Shown here in pieces: positions 1-10,904 of a stretch of DNA of 64,000 nucleotides (positions within the stretch are counted from its first letter, which is position 1; the number at the start of each line of letters is the position of its first letter). The DNA lies in the NCBI GenBank assembly GCA_964036045.1, contig OZ038379.1, positions 55,180,001 through 55,244,000 of the forward strand. The letters are read 5' to 3'. A program made the position numbers and the translations under genes. The notes beneath the pieces were generated by a model that saw nothing but the letters and a program-made list of their open reading frames with translations, ran no database searches and was not told the DNA's origin. This DNA is from Eutreptiella sp. 'Long Island Sound 2002' (lineage: Eukaryota > Protista > Euglenida).

Positions 1-500
1 CCGCATGATAGTGCCTGGGGCATCACCCTCTTGGAGGTGTACTCACAGTATCGGGTGTGCGCATGCCCTAGTGCCAAACGCGAACGGCGGGGAGCCCGTG
101 GCCCCCAAATCTGGGCCCCCCAGGCATCAGGAATGGGCAGCGACGCTAGCAAGGAGAGTTGGTAAAACCTCCCCTCCACTGAGCCACACCCGCCGGCCCC
201 ACACACAGGGCCCCCCTCACTGCGCACTGGCACGCGCCTCCTCACCCCCTGCACTTGTGCTGTTGTGCCCCTCGCACTGCCCCTCCCTTTCCACCCCCCT
301 CCGATGCCCGCCCACACCCACTGCCCCATGGGTGCAACGCCCGGCGACGTGCACGCTCCCCCGTGGTGGGGCTTTATGAACGAAGTCGTGGCCACGCCTG
401 CGCGATGGTAGCAGTGCCGGGGGCCGAGGCGAAGCGGGTCATGGGGAGGGCGCGGGGACATGCGGGGACATGAGGGAGTAGTGGGGCGGCCTTGTAGGAC
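1..500 (+). pseudogene. Possible decayed 3' fragment of a non-LTR retrotransposon ORF2
   Basis: Short blocks (HQEWAATLA, WWGFMNEVV) resemble blocks at 3660-3790 (HHEWGEELA, VWGFGNAV), which is followed by a TTTTG tail. No diagnostic domain seen. Confidence 0.25.
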
Positions 501-564
501 CCGTGCCCACCCCCCCTCCCCTGTGCGCCTCAACTTGTGGGTGGTGCTCCATGCTAGGTGGAAC

Positions 565-870
565 TGCGGAGATATGTACAAGGGTCTGTACGCTTGAACA
601 CATCACCGCAGCACTTGTACAGGCGGTTTTACCCCATGTCGTGATATGTACAATGATCTACACACTTGTACGTTTCATTGCAGCAGTTGTATAGTGCAGT
701 ACACCCCTTGCAGTGATATGTGCAATGCTCTACACCCTTGTAAGCATCAATGCAACGGGTCTCTTCCCCTGTACAAGTGCTAAGGTGATATGTGCAAGGG
801 TGTAGAGTTTCGTGCATATCACCAAAGGGGGTCTATTGCCCTGTACACGTGTTGTGGTGATATGATGGAT
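565..870 (+). repeat. Imperfect array of a GTGATATGTGCAAGGGTGTA-type motif
   Basis: About five degenerate GATATGT(A/G)CAA copies; the same motif recurs at 2365-2500. Confidence 0.75.
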
Positions 871-2364
871 TAATGCATGGATGGGCTATGTTTAAGGGCA
901 GCATTCTTGGGGCACAATTCGCCAAGCATCATTGCCGGCACCTCTGACTACTGGCTTGCCCTTAATGCCCGCGAACGGTACTCCGGATCTTAATGCATGC
1001 ACACAGTACGAGGACATATGAATGCGAAACCAACTTTGTGCGACCCCCCGTTGCCCTCAGAAGCAACATCCCATCACTGCTCTTCCGCGGAGTCCGATAG
1101 CGCACCGTCCCAGTTTGAACTCCCCGAGGAGTCTTATGGACGTTCGGCAACACTCATACACACTAAGAACATTGAACAGTGAATACAAAATGAAGCACAT
1201 GGGGGAAGTACAAAACACCAATATGCACTGCTCTGGAGCGCGAAGGATCGACGGGCACCAATGCGGTGGGGATGGCGGATCATCCAGAGCGACGGACGCA
1301 AGATAGACCAAATCAGCGGGGCTGGACACAAAGATGTGCATCATGCATCATTCAAAGATAACGGGTGCAGCACGCAGTGTGACCTTGTACTCTGACTGGG
1401 GCACGGGCCACTCACGCGGAACGGGCTGTTTTGTGAATGAAAGAGAGTCACCCACGAACCCACCCCCGTTAGGGCGCATCTCATGGTTAATGGCCATGGC
1501 CAGGGTCTATTGCCACAACGGAGTGCCGAGCGACTAGCGACCAGAGAAAGTGGGATGACGTAACAAGCCTCAAGCTCGCTGATGTGAGCGACTAACGAGG
1601 AACTCCACTCCCCGGAGATGCGCAGCCATCAAACGTGACCTGTGCACCAAAAAAGTGGGATGCTTGACCACGTGATACACCAATTGCAGCAAGCGAAGTC
1701 AACACATTGGCAGCAATGGACTCATGCACCAGAGCAACCCACTATTCCATGTGGCCTTGGGAAGAATTGGTGCCTCCCAAAAAACACTTTGGCCTTGCCA
1801 TGCAGAGAATCCATCAATGCACAAAAACCATGCATAGGTCTCAAGCAGGCTAGGGTGCACTTGTCACACGCATGCACACCCCATACCCGAGAATTCGTGA
1901 AGAAAAAGGGACATGAAAAATCAGAAAATCAGGGCTCACCCGACGATAGGGGGCGACCCGCAACCAATACAGCGCCGCGAGCACCCTATGTGACACCATC
2001 GCACGCTGTCCACAAAGACGCCACACTGCACTCAAGGAAGGGTCCACGACCGGGTATGCCCCGGTCTGATACGAATGGTGGCAGGCCTGAAGTGCATGAT
2101 CACCATCTGCCATGAGCTTGCTAGCCCAAAACGCCACCACTTGATCTTGCAGAAAATGAGCAAAAGGGACGCACCACGTGTGGCGGAAGGCCAGGCGAGT
2201 TTTGAGCAGGGAATGTGTCTGCTACTGCCAACGGGCCACATTGCCACACCTCCGTACGTTATGCTCACCACGGACATGCAGCTCCCGAGCGCACGACCCG
2301 AGGAGAAAACAAGCATACATGGCACCAAGAGAGTGCTGATCCTCACATCGCGAGGGTGCACCCC

Positions 2365-2500
2365 GAAGGGATCTACTACCCTGTGCAAGTGCTGTGGTGA
2401 TATGTCCAAGGGTGTAAACACTTGTGCTTTTCACATATCAGTGAACGGGGTGTACTCCCCTGTACAAGTGCAGCAGTGATATGTGCAAGGGTGTAGACCC
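2365..2500 (+). repeat. Second array of the GTGATATGTGCAAGGGTGTA motif
   Basis: gtgatatgtgcaagggtgtag at ~2476 matches the copy at ~785, in the same orientation. Confidence 0.75.
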
Positions 2501-2842
2501 CTAGATAGATGGAAATGGAACCGTGTTCTAGCACCACACCACACACCACCACACGAACACCTCCTCCACGCCATCACGACTCCACCAACACTTGGTCACC
2601 GGCCCCAAACACAGCATCACGTACCGTTACATAGCACGTAGAGTAACATACGTCATACAGAGGCAAGCTGTGGGGACATCAACCACTTCAAAAAAAACCG
2701 TTGTGAGACAGAGAAAGGCATCCCCTCCCAAAACGCAATCCACACATCTTCAATCCATCTTGACACCTATGAATAAGGAAAGCAAAATAGCCTCCCAAAA
2801 CCCAATGCACATAGTGCCATCACAACATTTTACATCACAACC

Positions 2843-3100
2843 CATCACATCACATCACATCACATCACATCACCTCACATCACATCACATCGCATCACAT
2901 CACATCACATCACATCACATCGCATCGCATCACATCACATCACATTACATCACATCACATCACATCACATCACATCACATCACATCACATCACATCACAT
3001 CACATCACATCACATAACATCACATCACATCACACCACATCACATCACATCACATCACATCACATCACATCACATCACATCACATCACATCACATCACAT
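2843..3100 (+). repeat. (CATCA)n microsatellite
   Basis: About 50 near-perfect pentamers; this explains the SHHIT spurious ORF. Confidence 0.98.
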
Positions 3101-3104
3101 CCTG

Positions 3105-3895
3105 AGTACTTCCCAACTGTACCCATGGGCTGGGTGCTGGGTGCGAAGCCCGGGACGATAGGGCCCATGCATTGCCTACGCGGCAACGTACTAGCAGTGT
3201 TGGGTGCGCGCAGGCCCCACTGCCTAGCACCATCCCCGGGAGGCCGCCACCCCTAGTACCGTCCGCCTCGGCCCAGCGAACGGTTAGCGACCCCTAGCGA
3301 GGACGGCCGACCCAGCCTCCCCCTCCTCTCCCCTAGCGCCCCCCCGCACTCAGGGCCCTCTGGTGTAGCATGAGGTGTGGCATGCGCCTCCCCCGCGATG
3401 AGCGCCCCCCCTGCCGCCTGCGACCAGCCCGGGTACGTGCCAATTCACACCCACTCCGCATGAGGGCCCCATTGCACCCGAGCACACACCCACTATGGGG
3501 CCGTCTGCAGAGCCCTGGCATGTGCCCCCCCCCCCCCCGCGGTCCTGCCTCTCCCCCCGCTGCCGCCCTCTGCCCCCCCCTCATGTCCCTGCCCGCGTCC
3601 TCGTCCCCACAAAGGGTAACGACGGCGACACGCAGACCCCTCCCCCCGCGCCGGGCCGGGGGCCACACCACCACGAGTGGGGAGAGGAGCTTGCCTCCGT
3701 GCGCCCACCCGCCCCCGAACCCTTCGACAGCGCCGGCGTGGGGCCTAGAGGATCCGCAGTATGGGGCTTCGGCAACGCGGTGAGACAAGTACAGGTGTGC
3801 AAGGTGCGTGCGTGTGTTAGAGAGAGGTGTGCGACACTGGGGCCCCCAAGGGATCGCGTGCGCCGCGGGCGGCATTTTTTTGTTTTGTTTTGCCG
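3105..3895 (+). pseudogene. Probable 3' end of a LINE-like element with a (TTTTG)n tail
   Basis: GC-rich frameshifted coding-like sequence ends in tttttgttttgttttg (~3875-3890); weak similarity to 1-500. Confidence 0.3.
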
Positions 3896-3969
3896 TTTCA
3901 CGGTTTTTGTTTCGATATGTTGCGCAACGGCCTATGGAGGCGCAAGCCTGAAGCACGAGCCTTCGGGCA

Positions 3970-5061
3970 TGTTAGCGCGTTTCCTTCGGGTTTCTCCCTT
4001 TGTTTGCTCAGAGGCAGAGTGAGGCGAGGAGCACCACCGAGCCCCAAAGGCGTTCGTCCCGGCCACGGGCGGGGTGGGCGAACCAAGCCCCTCCACGCGC
4101 TGCCACCCACCCCGCACCTAACCCTGCCGTTGACCAATTACGGTGCCCAGCAAGCTGCTGGCTTGCCGCTGAAGCAGAGAGCAAGAAAGGGGAGGGGTCC
4201 CTGCAAGGCCGCGGAATCGGTGGCCTGGCCCCGCTGCAGGAGCGGTTGGAAGCCACGCTGCCCTTGCGCGGCCCTGTCCGGGATCTGTTGTGGGATATGT
4301 CATGGTTTGAGAATCTAGAAACGATACGGGATTTGGAATTGTACTGGAATGCCCCCTAGTGGGCAGCCGTCCAGCTGGACACCCCGGTAAAAGGTATCAA
4401 ACATCCTTTGAGTGTGCGTAAGGTATAAGGCCCCCCGGCCACGACCCCGGCGACCACAGCAGCGAGGGCGTCCGGGAGGGGTAACAACCCACGATCCCCC
4501 AAAGGCAGCCTGAATGGTGAGCACACCATTGGAAGGGGCATATCTGCGGGTCAAAAATGTACAATATTTAATAATGCAAACGTATTTGTACACTGGCATC
4601 CATAATGCTTAAAGGGCTTAAGGGCCTCCCCCAGGTCCAGTTAAGTTCGTTCCCTAGAGCCAGACTCAACCTGCCGCGTTGAGGCGAGCCTAGTTATCCG
4701 GGTATGACAGGCCATACGTAAATGCTCGCAGTCATGCCTCTTTGCATCCCCGACGGCTTAAATTGCCCAAGGGCGCCCTAAGTCCCGTATTGTTCGGGAG
4801 TTAAGGGTCAGCGCGACTTCGGGTTTCGATTAGGAGGACTGATGTTGAGTCCGTGCTACTGCTAGCCCGGGCTTGTGGTCTCCGGTACGGCCTGCTCACC
4901 TTGCGAGCGTGCTGCTTAGCGTAGCTGGTAGTGGCAAAGGGTAACTCCATCTTACACCTAGTGGAGGCGAGGCGCTAGTACGGTCTTCGAACCGGAGTAC
5001 CCAGCCCGGAGCTCTACGGATGGAGGAACGCGACGCAAAAGCGGTTGGGGGAGGCCGGGCA
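3970..5061 (+). repeat. Left long direct repeat (LTR-like)
   Basis: Collinear with 9773-10862, roughly 85% identical by eye; central AT-rich box aatatttaataatgc. Confidence 0.9.
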
Positions 5062-5639
5062 GGACTTGGTCACCACACCCAACACAATTGCACTACGCGC
5101 TCTATTGCGCACAAAGAACTGCTTAAAGAACAGCAGTACTGCATGGGAGGTTGGCGGGCGAGTGACACCCCCCCAACTCGACCCTTGCTACGAGCGCCCC
5201 TGCCTAGGTGAGTAGGGTGAGGAGAGAGTAGGGATGTTTGCGTGTATGATCCCGCCCGGTTTGTCGACGGGACAGCCGCAATCCAAGGCTGAAGTGGGAA
5301 AATCCATCCAATCGGACAAGGTACCGAAGGCGGCACAGGGCAGGGCAACGCCGGGCCAGGAAGCCGCATTGCAGAAGCCGCAATCGCGGCCCTCTACCGC
5401 ACAATTTGCACCTGGGTTGTCCCAAACAAGCAGCTTCTGCACACACCTGCCTCCGTAAGGGCAAGGGACGTAGGCGGCACACCAAAACCGCTGAAATCCA
5501 GCTAGGACAGGGTAGGAAAAATTGTTTTGGCACCGGAGTCGAAGACGGACGCTTTCCTATTGTGGATGGACACTGTCTTAGAGCTTCACCACGCCCCACA
5601 GGAACCCCGCAATCCCCAACAGCCCGCTGAATCCTCAAA

Positions 5640-6290
5640 ACTAGAGGGTCCAGCACACCACGGAGAAGAATGAGGACAGAGACCGGAGCTGCCCGAACCA
5701 GAGCCGAATAGAAGGCAAGGGCAAGAGATCAATTTGGCATTGGAGGAGCGGCCCAAGGATATGCGGCGGCGTTACATTATGACTACGATAAGGAGAGGGG
5801 AATACATCAAGCAGAAGGAAGAGCAATGAAACAACAGTTTGCTACAGTGGAGGGGGAGCTCATGGGACAAATCGAGAGCTATCGGAATTGGAGGAGAAGT
5901 CAGGCACACATTGGCCAAGCATGCGGGGGAGCTGGTGGAGTGCCAAGGTCTGATCAAAGACAGTGGGCACTCCATCACTACCCTTACCAACTACATGGAC
6001 GACACTAGACAGAAGTTCACGAAAGCGGATCCTGTCGTCTTCAAGGAGCGCGTGGAAGAGGCATAGAAGTGCTTGGTGAAGGTGCAGGACATACCACAGA
6101 GAGTGGTGACCATGGAGGAAGTGGTCACCAACATTTTGGGATCCGCAAAGGATAGCCGGGACCAAGCACACGGGGCCCTCGCCTCGCCTCAAAGCGTGCA
6201 AGAGCAAGTTCAGCACATGCTGGGAACTTGACCACAGCCAAGACCCACTCTCACCGAAGCGTCGCAAGGGCACATGTATCCTACGGGCAC
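5640..6290 (+). pseudogene. Decayed coiled-coil (gag-like?) ORF
   Basis: E/K/Q-rich frames (MKQQFATVEGELMGQIESY; KERVEEA*KCLVKVQD) broken by TAG stops and frameshifts. Confidence 0.4.
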
Positions 6291-7389
6291 ATCATAGAAT
6301 GCTGCGAACCGGGGCATGTTTGTTAGTGTTGCCTGGCACGTGCCCTCCGATCTTTACAGGTTAATTGTCAGCGCTGCTGGGAATATTCCTCCCTAAATCG
6401 CTTCCGATATTTTTCCATCACTAGGGATTTCGGAAGTCAGGCTGCCAAAATTGGTCAGGGTGATCGGTTCTGACATCCGAAGCAATGCTTCCGACGATCG
6501 GTCGGAGTTCACCCAAGCACATACTAGAAGCATTGCTTCCAGAATGCTCTGGCACATTGCTTGGAATTGTCAGGAGCTTTGCATCCCCAATTGCCTGCTA
6601 AATCGCAAGGAAATTCCAAGGGTTTTTCTAAAAAAAGTCACCATCCGACCAACTATACACATTGAACATTTCCCCCCAAAGGACCGTGGTTTGACTGTTT
6701 GAATGGTGGGCTGATGTGGCTGGCACATAGGGCCTTGGAACGATGATTGTAATGGACCATGATTGCTTTTTTGCCGCCCGGGATGCCCCGTTTTCGAAAC
6801 TGATTGCGCTACCACTGCTCACTCATGAGTGTTTCCTTCTCTTGCCTGGGCCAAAAAACTGTTCATCTACACACGATTGACGACCACCCCATTCCCCAAC
6901 CCCTGAAGTGGCAGCGCTTAAGGTAGTGTATTTTTTTTTAATTTGAATTGGAGTTCAAGAATTTCTCAAAGGTTATTACAAGGTCCGCCTTTCCCCAATC
7001 CTTTCCTTCCTCTTTGGTCACCACGGTTAGGTTCTCAAGTTACCTTGGGATGTGTGGGAGAGAGGCCTCAAGGGTGGCACCCACACATCCGGGGAATATT
7101 GTAATTGAACTCAAAGGGAGCCGGACAACCCGTTTGGTAACCGGGATGAGCGACTTCATCTTGGTCTAGATGAGTTTATTCAGCAATTTTCAAGTTGATT
7201 TTCAATTATTGCAGTAAGTTTGAATTGAATGAGATTCGAATATGTGTCATATTTGTGCCATATTTGTCTCAGGTTGTGTCGAGTATGTGTGTGTCCTCGC
7301 ACGCGAGTGTGTGTGTGTGAGCGAGCGGGCTTGGGTGCTCGTGTATGGCGCGCGTTCTCTGTAAGGCGGTTGCCGACACGACTGGCAGG

Positions 7390-7461
7390 CCTGCTGTAGT
7401 GTAATGGTCAGAGGGTTAGACGCGCGTGTCATAGCGTGAGTTCGAACCGCAGCGCCGGTAC
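7390..7461 (+). ncRNA. Degenerate tRNA-derived cassette (Pol III A and B boxes)
   Basis: A box TAGTGTAATGG at 7397, B box GAGTTCGAACC at ~7438, T-tract at ~7485; acceptor stem pairs poorly. Confidence 0.6.
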
Positions 7462-7678
7462 TCCTTTGGCGCCGGCTCCGATCTCTTTTTCAGTCCTGTG
7501 CGCGTTGTGTGTGTTTGCTCGCGTCGCCGAGTGTGTGTTAGTATGGGGTATTGCATGCTTTTGCACTCGGCGTGTGTCCGTGAGTGCGTAGCGCGTGTAG
7601 GTTAGTTAGGACAGTTTGTTCAGAGAGTATGGGGCGCGTTGGTTGTGCGGCGAGTGCCGCCGAATTTAACAGGAGGAC

Positions 7679-7743
7679 AAAACTCTAGCGGGTAGAGGAC
7701 TGGCCCCGAATCCAGCTACGTGGGTTCGATTCCCGGAGGTTGC
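7679..7743 (+). ncRNA. Degenerate tRNA-like cassette (arm resembles tRNA-Gln)
   Basis: TAGCGGGTAGAGG A-box-like, ctggccccgaatccagc arm similar to the tRNA-Gln ctggactctgaatccagc arm, B box GGGTTCGATTCCC; stems imperfect. Confidence 0.55.
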
Positions 7744-8639
7744 AATGTTTTCCAACCGCCGGCGATTGTTTACTTTGTTTTGCGCGCGCTGTGTGTGCTC
7801 GCTCGCGTGGTCGAGTGTTCCGTTGTACACTCCGCGTGTGTCCGTATGCGTGCGTCGAGTGTAGGCGAGGTGTAGGAGTGTGTGTAGTGTACAGGCCGTG
7901 TGCTATTTGTGTGGCGATAGCCGGCAGGCCGAGCAGGCCTGCTGTACCTTAATGGTTAGAGGGTCCGATCCCAATTTTTGGGCCTGGCTTCCAACCCAGT
8001 TTAGGGTAAATTTTTTGACATTCGGCGCCATTGTTTTTTAGTCCTGCACGTACTCTGTATGTGTTTTTTTGCGCGTCGAGTGTGTGTTTCGAGTGTCTAG
8101 GGTGTGTCAGTTGGGCACACGCGTGTCAGGTGTGTGGCGGTGACAGTCGCCAGGAGTTATGAGGTGGTTGAGTGTGTGTACTCGTGAGTACACTCAACAG
8201 GTGCCGAGTGATTCAAATCATAGTATGTTGCTCGCACTGCGCATTACCTGGACTGTGCAGCCCTGGTTTCAACACCAGGCCAGCCAGGTGGCCAGCTGCC
8301 AGTCATGAGGTTCATTTCAACAGTTATTCTCAACTCTTCTCAAGTCTCAAGTCATCCTCCAGAATGGATTTACTAATCCTCTAGGGAATGGGTGTTGGGT
8401 GAGGGAGGCTTCCTCCCGGCTTCGGCCGGGGTTTCGGTAGGGGTTTCGGTCGGGGTTTCGGTCGCGGTTTCCGTCGGAAAAACACTTCCGATATTTTCGC
8501 ATCCCTAGAGATTCCAGGAGCGATTGCCTGGCATGTCGGCCGGAAAATTTACAGGTCGATCGTCAGCAAAGCTGGGAATCATGCGAAGATTTTCGGTCCC
8601 AAAATATAAATTCTACGCTTTGCGTTTGAGCGACATGTG

Positions 8640-9772
8640 GTACTAAACCATGCGCAAAGAATCGGTCTCAGTGGACAACAGAGAACACGAGGACATGATC
8701 ACATGTGTGAGGGGAATACAAGAGGTGAAAGACATTGGCTTTAGGGTCACATGAGAGACCCAGGGATTGCAAGAATCCCACAAGATCATGCACCTCCAGG
8801 TGATGACGGTGCAAGAACAAGTCAACTATCCGCAACACCTAATCTCAGCATTAGGAAGTGGAGAACGCCCACATGAACGAGGAAGGACAGCTTTCGGAGA
8901 CGGGCATAATCTAGGGCCCGTACTCCATAACTTGACCCACGTGCAGACTAGAGTGGGGACCTTAGAAGATAAAGTGGCGCACATGGCACATGTTGGAGTG
9001 CTGCAGCGTGTGCTGGCTTTGGAGAATTATCGGCAACAATACTTGGAAAAACAAGGCACAGCAAACGCACGACGCAGCAACGACGAAAAGAGCAATCTAG
9101 CAGCTCAAGGAAAAGAAGGAAGTCCTGCGAGCACAATTGAAGGTGCTGGAAACAAAGGTACCCAAGTGTGCAAAGTCTGAGGATGACCATGTGGGTCAAA
9201 CCGCAACCGAAGTGGAAGTCCTCAACGAATGGATGCTGGGCATGAAGGGAGCCCTAGGTCGTTGAGGAACTGCAGCTCCAAAGAAATGATCTACAACTGT
9301 GGATTGAGACGAAGGTCCAGAATGTTGTGCAAGCATGCGCCGACAATGTGGAAGCTTGCGAGAAGCAGTTCCACGCATACAAAACGGCTAATGATAACTG
9401 CGAACGATGGTGGGCTGAGATGGGTGAGAAGGAACACAATGCATACTGCGAATGGAAGGCCATGGAAGAGGAATATCAAGGGGATGCAGAAGATGAAGGA
9501 GGGCATGACATGAAGGTGGAGAGGTCATCGTCTATATCACCGAGAACAGCGCTAGGAACGGGGCCCGCCACAACGCCGGAGACGGAGAAGAAGAAGTCCA
9601 AGGACGAAGAAGATCCCAAGCCAAAGTCCAAGGTGGAGAGCAAGACAGCAACGGAGATGTGCAAAGCAACGGAGCACACCGAGGCTCGAACCACATCCAA
9701 GTCGGGACCTTGTGGTGAGCCGCCACGGCCATCCAAGGATAAGATGGAGGCGGAAGAGGACGATGAAGGCCA
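8640..9772 (+). pseudogene. Coiled-coil and acidic/lysine-rich ORF remnant running into the right LTR-like repeat
   Basis: ORFs 8767-9180 and 9327-9941 (ACEKQFHAYKTANDNCERWWAEM; EEDDEGH then repeat sequence). Confidence 0.45.
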
Positions 9773-10862
9773 TGTTAGCGCCCTTCGTTTGGGTTTCTCC
9801 TTTCGTTTGTTCAGAGACAGAGTGAGGCGAGCAACACCACCGACCCCCACAGGCCCGTGTCGCGCGCGGGTGGCCGAACCAAGGCCCCCAGCCCCCGCGT
9901 TGCCACCCACCCCGCACCTAACCTTGCCGTTGACCAAGTAGGCCGCCAAGCAAGCTACTGGCTTGCCGATGAACCACAGAGCAAGAAAGGGGAGGGGTCC
10001 CCGCAAAGCCCCAGAGCGGGCGGCGTGGCCCCGCTGCAGGAGCGGTTGGAAGCCACACCACCCTTGCGCGGCCCGGTCTGGGATCTGTTGTGAGACCTGT
10101 CATGGTTTCAAAATGGAGAAAGGATATGGGATTTGGAATTGTATTGGAATGCCCCCCAGTGGGCACCCGTCCGGCTGCACACCCCGGTAAAAGGTATCAA
10201 ACATCCTTTGAGTGTGGGTACGGTATAAGGCCCCCCGGCCACAACCCCGGTGACCAGGGCAGCCAGGGCGTCCAGGAGGGGTAACAGCCCTCGATCCCCC
10301 AAAGGCAGCCCGAGTGGTGAGCGTACCACCGGAAGGAGCATGTCTGCGGGGTAAAAATGTGCAATATTTAATAATGCAAACATACTGCGTACACTACCAT
10401 AAATCATGCTTAAAGGGCCTAAGGGCCTCCCCCAGGTCCAGTTAAGTTTGCCCCCGAGAATCGGACACAACCGGCCGCGTTGAGGCGAGCCCCGTTATCT
10501 GGGTAGGATAGGCCACACTTAAGTGCTCGCAGTCACACCTGTTCGCATCCCCGACCGCTTAAACTGCCCAAGGGCACCCTAAGTGCCGTATTGTTCGGGA
10601 GTTAAGGGCCGGCGGAACTCGGGGTTCCGATTAAGAGGACTCATGTTGAGTCCCTGCTACTGCTACCCGGGGGTAATGGTCTCCGGTACTACATGCTTAC
10701 CCTGCGAGCTTGCTACTTAGCGTAGCTGGTACGGGCAAAGGGTAACCCCATCTTACAGCTAGTGGAGGCGAGGCGCTGGTACGGTCTTCGAACCGGAGGA
10801 CCCAACCCGGAGCTCTACGGACGGGGGAACCCAACGCAAAAGCGGGTAGGGGGGGCCAGGCA
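9773..10862 (+). repeat. Right long direct repeat (LTR-like)
   Basis: Matches 3970-5061 along its whole length. Confidence 0.9.
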
Positions 10863-10904
10863 GGGCCCCTGCCCCCCCCCCCCCGGCCGACTTGCACGCG
10901 CCGC

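Larger units (their letters stand above)
3970..10862 (+). mobile_element. LTR-like element with no detectable pol (non-autonomous, LARD-like)
   Basis: Direct repeats of 1092 and 1090 bp start TG and end CA; flanks GGGCA (3965-3969) and GGGCC (10863-10867) form a possible 5-bp TSD with one mismatch; purine-rich tract before the second repeat. No RT or integrase motifs seen inside. Confidence 0.6.

Noticed and set aside
2592-3017. His/Ile/Thr/Ser-rich ORF (and the similar ORFs at 26567-27326)
   Set aside because: It is a translation of (CATCA)n and related microsatellites.
4105-4120. CTAACCCT as a telomerase RNA template
   Set aside because: Only 8 nt, not conserved in copy 2 (ctaacctt), and it lies in a multicopy repeat.
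4000-4359. Protein-like ORF inside the LTR-like repeat (WDMSWFENLE..LYWNAP)
   Set aside because: Copy 2 differs by many amino-acid changes and a stop, with no sign of codon-level conservation.
4830-4860. CTGATG resembling a hammerhead core in the LTR-like repeat
   Set aside because: It reads CTCATG in copy 2, lacks CUGANGA, and has no downstream GAAA.
7390-7743. Functional tRNA genes
   Set aside because: Acceptor and anticodon stems are mismatched and the loop lengths are wrong, so they are treated as tRNA-derived only.
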